This document shows, in pieces, positions 60,543 to 64,000 of a stretch of 64,000 nt of DNA. Position 1 is the first letter of the stretch. Each line of letters opens with the position of its first letter. Under the pieces are notes generated by a model. That model made no database searches and had not been told where the DNA came from. It saw only the letters and a list, made by a program, of their open reading frames with translations. The stretch lies in assembly GCA_964270895.1 (NCBI GenBank), contig OZ185445.1; one strand, 5' to 3'. The stretch comes from Podarcis filfolensis (lineage: Eukaryota). A program made the position numbers and the translations under genes.

Positions 60543-62647
60543 TATGATGTTAATTACATAACTTGTGGGTGAAATTTGCAGGCAGGCATAGTAGCCCCTT
60601 CAGAATCAGAAATCCTGTCAACTAAGTCCAGGGACTTTTGTCCTGGGCACATTTAAAGTATTTTTTAAATGGGAAACATCTACAACATTTTAAACTTTAG
60701 AGCAGAAGTGGATGAAATTTGCAGGCACATTCAGCCCTTCTAATCGCATGAAGCCTGCCAAATTTTAGAAAGATCGCTGTAGAGGTTTTCTTGGAGCACC
60801 AACCACTGCAGTTTTGTGATAGGTCTGCCTCCCTCAGTGTTTTGTGGGCAAATGTATTTGAAAAAAAGCAGACATAAAAGAGCTGCCCAGTTAAAAATAA
60901 ATAAACCTTCTAACTTACAGAATAAGAATTCCAGGGGATTTTGTGCTAAATACATTTAAAGTTGATTGGTGGGGCAGAACTAAAAGGGAAACACCTTCCA
61001 GGTAAAATTGTTCCACCTGATTACAATTTTGACCAGATATTCACAACAGCGTTCTCTTTCTGTACTATTCCCAGTCTAGTGTTTACTCACTCTTCCCCCT
61101 TCACTCCACCCTGCTGTTATTGCTTATATGATCAGCTGCTGCTTTTAGTAGACACTTGTTTTCAGCTATTTTGGTTTTTAATAACTGAAGACTCAAAAAG
61201 CAAGGAGCCTTGCTTTGACTTATGCCACTTCATCTCTGTCAAGCCTCACATCCCTCCAGGGCCCTCTGCTTCAACCCAGGATATGGGATTCATTTGAATC
61301 TGATGCATTTTTTATTTATCTAATTATAAAGTTTGGCATACATGCATGCAGAAAAATAACAGAACACTTCTCAAGGTGTGTATGTTAAATCCACAGTTCT
61401 TAATTTATGAGTACATCCTGAAATTAGAACACAGCTGAAAATAGGCACCATGCATAGTATGAGTCTGGATTATAGTTGGGGGGGAGATGCTGTTTCTTTC
61501 TGAATAGTGAAAAGCGTAAAAAGCAAACACACATAGAGAGAACTCCAATGAGCCATTCTTCTGCTCTGCAATACCTGTCAGCTTAGATGTGTGGGTATTA
61601 TACAGTGCTAATGAGAAAATGACTACAGACTATCAGTGCATTAATTTTCTAATTAAAAACGAGCTGTTAACAGTTCTTCCATAATTATGTAAGGCACGTG
61701 TCAACCCTTGCACTTCACGAACAATTTTTTTTATCATGGGGGAGGGAAATGCCATGAGGTCATAAGAGTGGCAATTGAGCACTAGTTAGATATTTTGTGC
61801 ATTAGGTTGAAGGGAAACAAAATATCTGTATTTTTCTTTCTTTTCTTATCCAGAGCTCTTAGACTCTATTATTCACATTATATCAATTATTAACTAGAAT
61901 TATGTTTATTATTTCTCATACCCATATTACCTACCTTTGAGAATTTGCAGTATTCAGTACAGCTCGAGATATGCTATTGTTTTCTAAATGATCACATCCC
62001 TTTAGTGCTGCATTTACTTGGCCACATCTATTTGACAGATGCAGCCTAATGTACCAGCATTCACCATTATGGAAATTTAGCTTGTGGACAAATGGTTTTG
62101 TGTCTGGAAGTTTGCAGTGTATAAATGCCAGATCTAAGGACATATCTATTCTACAAATTAGTTTACAACTCATTCCCTCTTTCCAGGGAGCCCTAAGAAC
62201 TGCAGTTCCCCTATAGCAATGGGCAATCTCCTCTATTAGATTCAGAATTGGCTTGCTCTTTTAGAACATTCTTGGAGAACTCTCAGACAGAGTTTTTCTG
62301 TGATTTTGGAAAGACTGAGCAGCTGCTGGCTCTTCTCTGAGGTTGTTTCCAACTTTCTAAACTTAAACTGGTGAAAAGAAACCTGAGGTAATGATGGTTG
62401 AGAGAAACCTAGGCTATGATGGTTGAGACTGCATCTTTTAAGTCACAAGCTTCCAAGAAGCATTAGATACATGCTGAGAAGCTTTGAAAAAGCCCAGGAA
62501 GTGAAGCTTTTCCATTTCTCCTGGCTCAATCAAGCTGGAATGGAAAACTCCAGTCTTTTGGCTTTCCAGTCACAAGGGACTGGGCCATTGCTGCTGCAAA
62601 AACCATTTCATTCCAGCCCAGTGGGAGATTTGGGTGGCACTAACTTA

Positions 62648-63005
62648 GGGACATGGGTGGCGCTGTGGGTTAAACCACAGAGCCTAGGACTTGCTGATCA
62701 GAAGGTCGGCGGTTCGAATCCCCGCGATGGGGTGAGCTCCCGTTGCTCGGTCCCTGCTCCTGCCAACCTAGCAGTTCGAAAGCACGTCAAAGTGCAAGTA
62801 GATAAATAGGTACCGCTCTGGCGGGAAGGTAAACGGCATTTCCGTGCGCTGCTCTGGTTCGCCAGAAGCAGCTTAGTCATGCTGGCCACATGACCCGGAA
62901 GCTGTACGCCAGCTCCCTCGGCCAATAAAGTGAGATGAGCACCGCAACCCCAGAGTCGGTCACGACTGGACCTAATGGTCAGGGGTCCCTTTACCTTTAC
63001 CTTTA
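62648..63005 (+). mobile_element. Sauria SINE, young, with 7-bp TSD
   Basis: Near-consensus CpG-rich body; TAACTTA on both flanks (62641-62647 and 63004-63010). Confidence 0.96.
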
Positions 63006-63494
63006 ACTTATGCCCATTACAAGCCAGGCCCAAACTTTGGGTAAGGGTTGGATCTTGGTTTGCAGTGGATTAAAGGAGAAAACCAAGATAGCCATTTAAC
63101 CTTTCCCCATAATAAAACTCAGCATGAATGACAGTTATGCAAGGTAGCTAGGAATCAGTCACATGGTATTCTCAGCATCCAGAACTAAAATGACAACACC
63201 AGGCTTTCAGGGAGAAAGTCACAAGAGTTATGGTGGTATAAAAGCAACGTAAATTCACAGTTTAGATATATTATATTTGACTCTTCTACGTATAGACCGG
63301 TATAGAAGTAGAGAGCACTGGAAAAGGAAGAGGGGAACTATAGAAAGAGAAAAATGGAGGATGAGAGGTGGAAATATTGAAGCAATGAAAAGAAGCTGTG
63401 TAAGAAAATAAAACACTGAAGTTGAAGTTAAGTGGAGATAGCAAAGAACAAAAGTTAGTGATGAAAAAAATAATATATAGGAGACAGATATGCT

Positions 63495-63640
63495 AGACCA
63501 GTTTTCCCCAGCCTAGTGCCTTCTGTAGGTTTTCTACCGAACTCCCATAATCCCTGAGCATTGGCCATGCTGGTTTGGGCTGATGAGAGCTGGAAGTCAA
63601 ACAAAATCTGGAGGCCAGCAAGTTGGGGAAAGCTATGCTA
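63495..63640. mobile_element. Palindromic hAT-like MITE, degenerate
   Basis: CAGTTTTCCCCAGCCT...AACTCCCATAATCCC...GGCTGATGAGAG...TCTGGAGG...AGTTGGGGAAAG. Confidence 0.65.
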
Positions 63641-64000
63641 GACAGTACAAACAGTGAAATTAGGACATTTGAAAGGCAATCTGTGCAAACGTCCCTGTCA
63701 GTCAGGAGTGATAAGTAAAGAACAGAGCTGAATAATGTGTCTGTGAGGGAATGTGCATCCATTTGCATGATTGGCTACAGCAGAGACTTCTGCACATTGC
63801 CAAAACCATGATTGTTTTATATATTCAGATGTGTCTGAGCCTCTGTCAGAAGTTGAACCACATCTATCAAATATTCAGGAACACCACACCGATACCATAG
63901 ATTTTCCAGCTATGTCTAAAGTTAGCAAGGAAACTTCCACCCACACTGCAGATGCGAAATCTGGATGCTACTTGCTAAGATGTCTTCCTGTTTATTAAAG

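Overview
Repeat-rich, gene-poor vertebrate DNA, almost certainly from a squamate and probably a lacertid lizard, judged from Sauria SINEs with (ACCTTT)n tails, BovB, Squam2/Squam3-like SINEs, and L2, CR1, RTE and L1 fragments. No prokaryotic features or CRISPR arrays are present. Almost every long ORF in the track is a decayed retrotransposon fragment or a chance ORF. I could not name any host gene. A chain of plus-strand exon-like segments (1577-1639, 8308-8392, 14576-14631, 27484 onward) splices in frame into a roughly 98-aa unrecognised ORF. Several non-repetitive, AT-rich, CpG-retaining blocks look like conserved non-coding elements. The most notable observations are: a fossil NeSL/Utopia-like retrotransposon with no U2 snRNA target beside it; two near-identical solo LTRs, each with its own perfect 5-bp target-site duplication; a 25-bp hairpin with a template-switch signature; and a Tc2/pogo-like element whose interior is a tandem array of long stem-loops. 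All family assignments come from recalled motifs, not database searches.
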